A DNA stretch of 64,000 nt, from the NCBI RefSeq assembly GCF_003918875.1, contig NW_025766736.1, forward strand, positions 1-64,000, written 5' to 3'. The notes below the pieces were generated by a model. That model saw nothing but the letters and a program-made list of their open reading frames with translations. It was not told where the DNA came from and searched no databases. Shown piece by piece: positions 62,204 to 64,000 of this stretch (positions are counted from its first letter, which is position 1; the number at the start of each line of letters is the position of its first letter). This stretch comes from Haliotis rubra (Eukaryota). Made by a program: the position numbers and the translations under genes.

Positions 62204-63665
62204 TATTAAATGTTATGCAGATTAGTATTCGTGATTGTTTCATTCTTTCCTTTCAATACTACAATCATTAGTTGTATCTTTGCTTTAGCTGGCATCATCA
62301 CCAGTGTGTTGTTTTACGCCGCACCTTTCTAGCTATATGACGGCGATATGTAATTAATCGAATCTGGACCAGACAACCCGGTGACTGGCATCATGAGTAT
62401 CGATCTAGTTCGATACGAGCTTCAGTCACCTCTGACTGCTGCATGGATTGCTGAAGATCAAATCTAACCCTGTTCCCAGGTAGATGCAAAAGCAAATGCA
62501 CTTTATTTAGTTGAAATCCTACAATGGAGATTTATTATGCTGTGTCACTATGCCCAGGTACATGAATACATATGCAGATCCATATGTAGATGTATCATAT
62601 GTCATTCCTGGCAGAAATTACAGTTTGAAAGCGTGGATGCTGCATCGTATCACTACATTGCTTGGGCAACCCCGTTAAAAAACACTAATATGAGCCTGTA
62701 TTCTTGGTCATTATGGTAGTAAAATCACAAATGCATATGCTGGTGTGAAAACGCGTTACTTGAATCAAACGGCATGCACAATATACTGCCTTGGACTACT
62801 TTTGTATCCCAGAAGTCCCAGTTGGATCGATCATGCGCCCCCCAACAATGTGCAGAGTTGCGCCCCTTATACGTATCCTGGATACCACGATCATTGGTTC
62901 GAATTCCAGGTATATAATAGGACCTGCACCACTCTAGGTTTCCTCTGACACGTCGTATTCAAAGTGGCTTTAACCGTTTCACCGTTTCACACACGCATCA
63001 TAGCTCCGGGTTTCATATGCGTATGACAATCTGCAACGCCATATACTCATGTCTGCCACCAGTTTACTTCACATGCATAAACATGTGCACATGCATAAAC
63101 ATGTGCACATGCACTACATGTTTTTATGTGACAGTTACATTCAGTGTGTAACAATGTTCAACGTGTAATACATTGTTCAGGTGATACTCAGTGAGGGTTA
63201 GTTGTGTGTGATATTTAATCCTGTCCTACAAGTTCTAGAATGTTCTAAAGTGACATGGGACACTATATAAAATCTTTTTTTCCGCGGGTATATAAGGGGA
63301 GCTACCTCTTGCCTTTCATTTCACATTACGTCCAAAGTTAAAGGAAGAACAGAAATTGTGTGAAGATTACTCTTACCCTGCCTATATTGGAAACTTCACC
63401 ATTGTTGCAGTGTTCTAAATATTACCATCTCTGTCATTATTAATTTAATCCCTGCTTTCCTTTTATACACCTTTTAATTTGTACTGCCACTTTAATGCCT
63501 TTGAAGTGATTTGTATTGATTTGTAAACTTAGTTAATTTTAGAAAACAATTGTTAATTACATTCAATCTCCAGTTAACCTTCAGTTTCAACTTGCGAATT
63601 ATCACGCAACAATGTGCAAAGATCACAATGTGCTACTAGGCTAACGCTCAGTCTTTGAATATTTC

Positions 63666-63826
63666 GGGGTGGTGGGGAAACCTAGTCGTTAAATCGTTCG
63701 CTCGTCCTGCCGAAGACCCGGGTTCATATTCCACACACGGGTACAATGTGTGAAGCCCATATCTGGTGTCCCCCGCCACGATATAGCTGGAATATTGCTA
63801 AAATCGGAGTAACCCCAAACTCACTT
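63666..63826 (+). mobile_element. SINE family A (further partial copies at ~6560-6685, ~8290-8395, ~27280-27370, ~39872-39950, ~41485-41641)
   Basis: ggggtggtggggaaacctagtcgttaaatcgttcgctcg...gggtacaatgtgtgaagccc...gctggaatattgctaaaa. Confidence 0.82.
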
Positions 63827-64000
63827 CAGAATATTTATAATTTTGACGGAAACAAACAATTTACTTTTTAACTGAAACGGAGCCCCAGTGATAATCGACA
63901 TTTTGAACCTGAGGAAATTTAGGCTTGCTTCATGCAGATTTAGCATTGCAAAATGGGATTTACAGAAGGGAAAATATTGGGACATTGAGGCAAACTATGT

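Noticed and set aside
63230-63600. Solo LTR or promoter (tatataaggg at ~63289)
   Set aside because: No TG...CA boundaries, TSD or associated gene could be identified

Overview
AT-rich, repeat-dense eukaryotic (animal) genomic DNA with spliceosomal introns. The SINE repertoire suggests a mollusc, possibly a gastropod such as abalone; this is an inference only. Two genes can be built by hand. (1) On the + strand at 986-22700, a multi-exon gene encodes a ~1100-aa type I membrane protein: signal peptide, TWO tandem class C GPCR (mGluR/CaSR-type) Venus-flytrap domains each followed by a C-x5-C-x2-C stub, ONE transmembrane helix, and a short tail with tyrosine motifs. No 7TM, kinase or cyclase domain is visible. 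About 7.8 kb of its interior is present twice, and the second copy is full of indels (probably a haplotype or assembly duplication). (2) On the - strand at 60493-37800, a two-coding-exon METTL7/TMT1-like methyltransferase has its three hallmark Cys/His/Cys positions all replaced. The rest consists of a 5'-truncated R4/Dong-type retrotransposon inserted in a (TAA)n SINE tail, at least four SINE families, Tc1/piggyBac/hAT/Harbinger-like remnants, 32-, 59- and 61-bp minisatellites, 332-bp and 1090-bp tandem repeats, and an intronic 560-bp inverted repeat. One SINE family has no tRNA head and instead begins with a pseudoknot-capable 5' element showing compensatory base changes. No CRISPR array, rRNA gene or bona fide tRNA gene was found.
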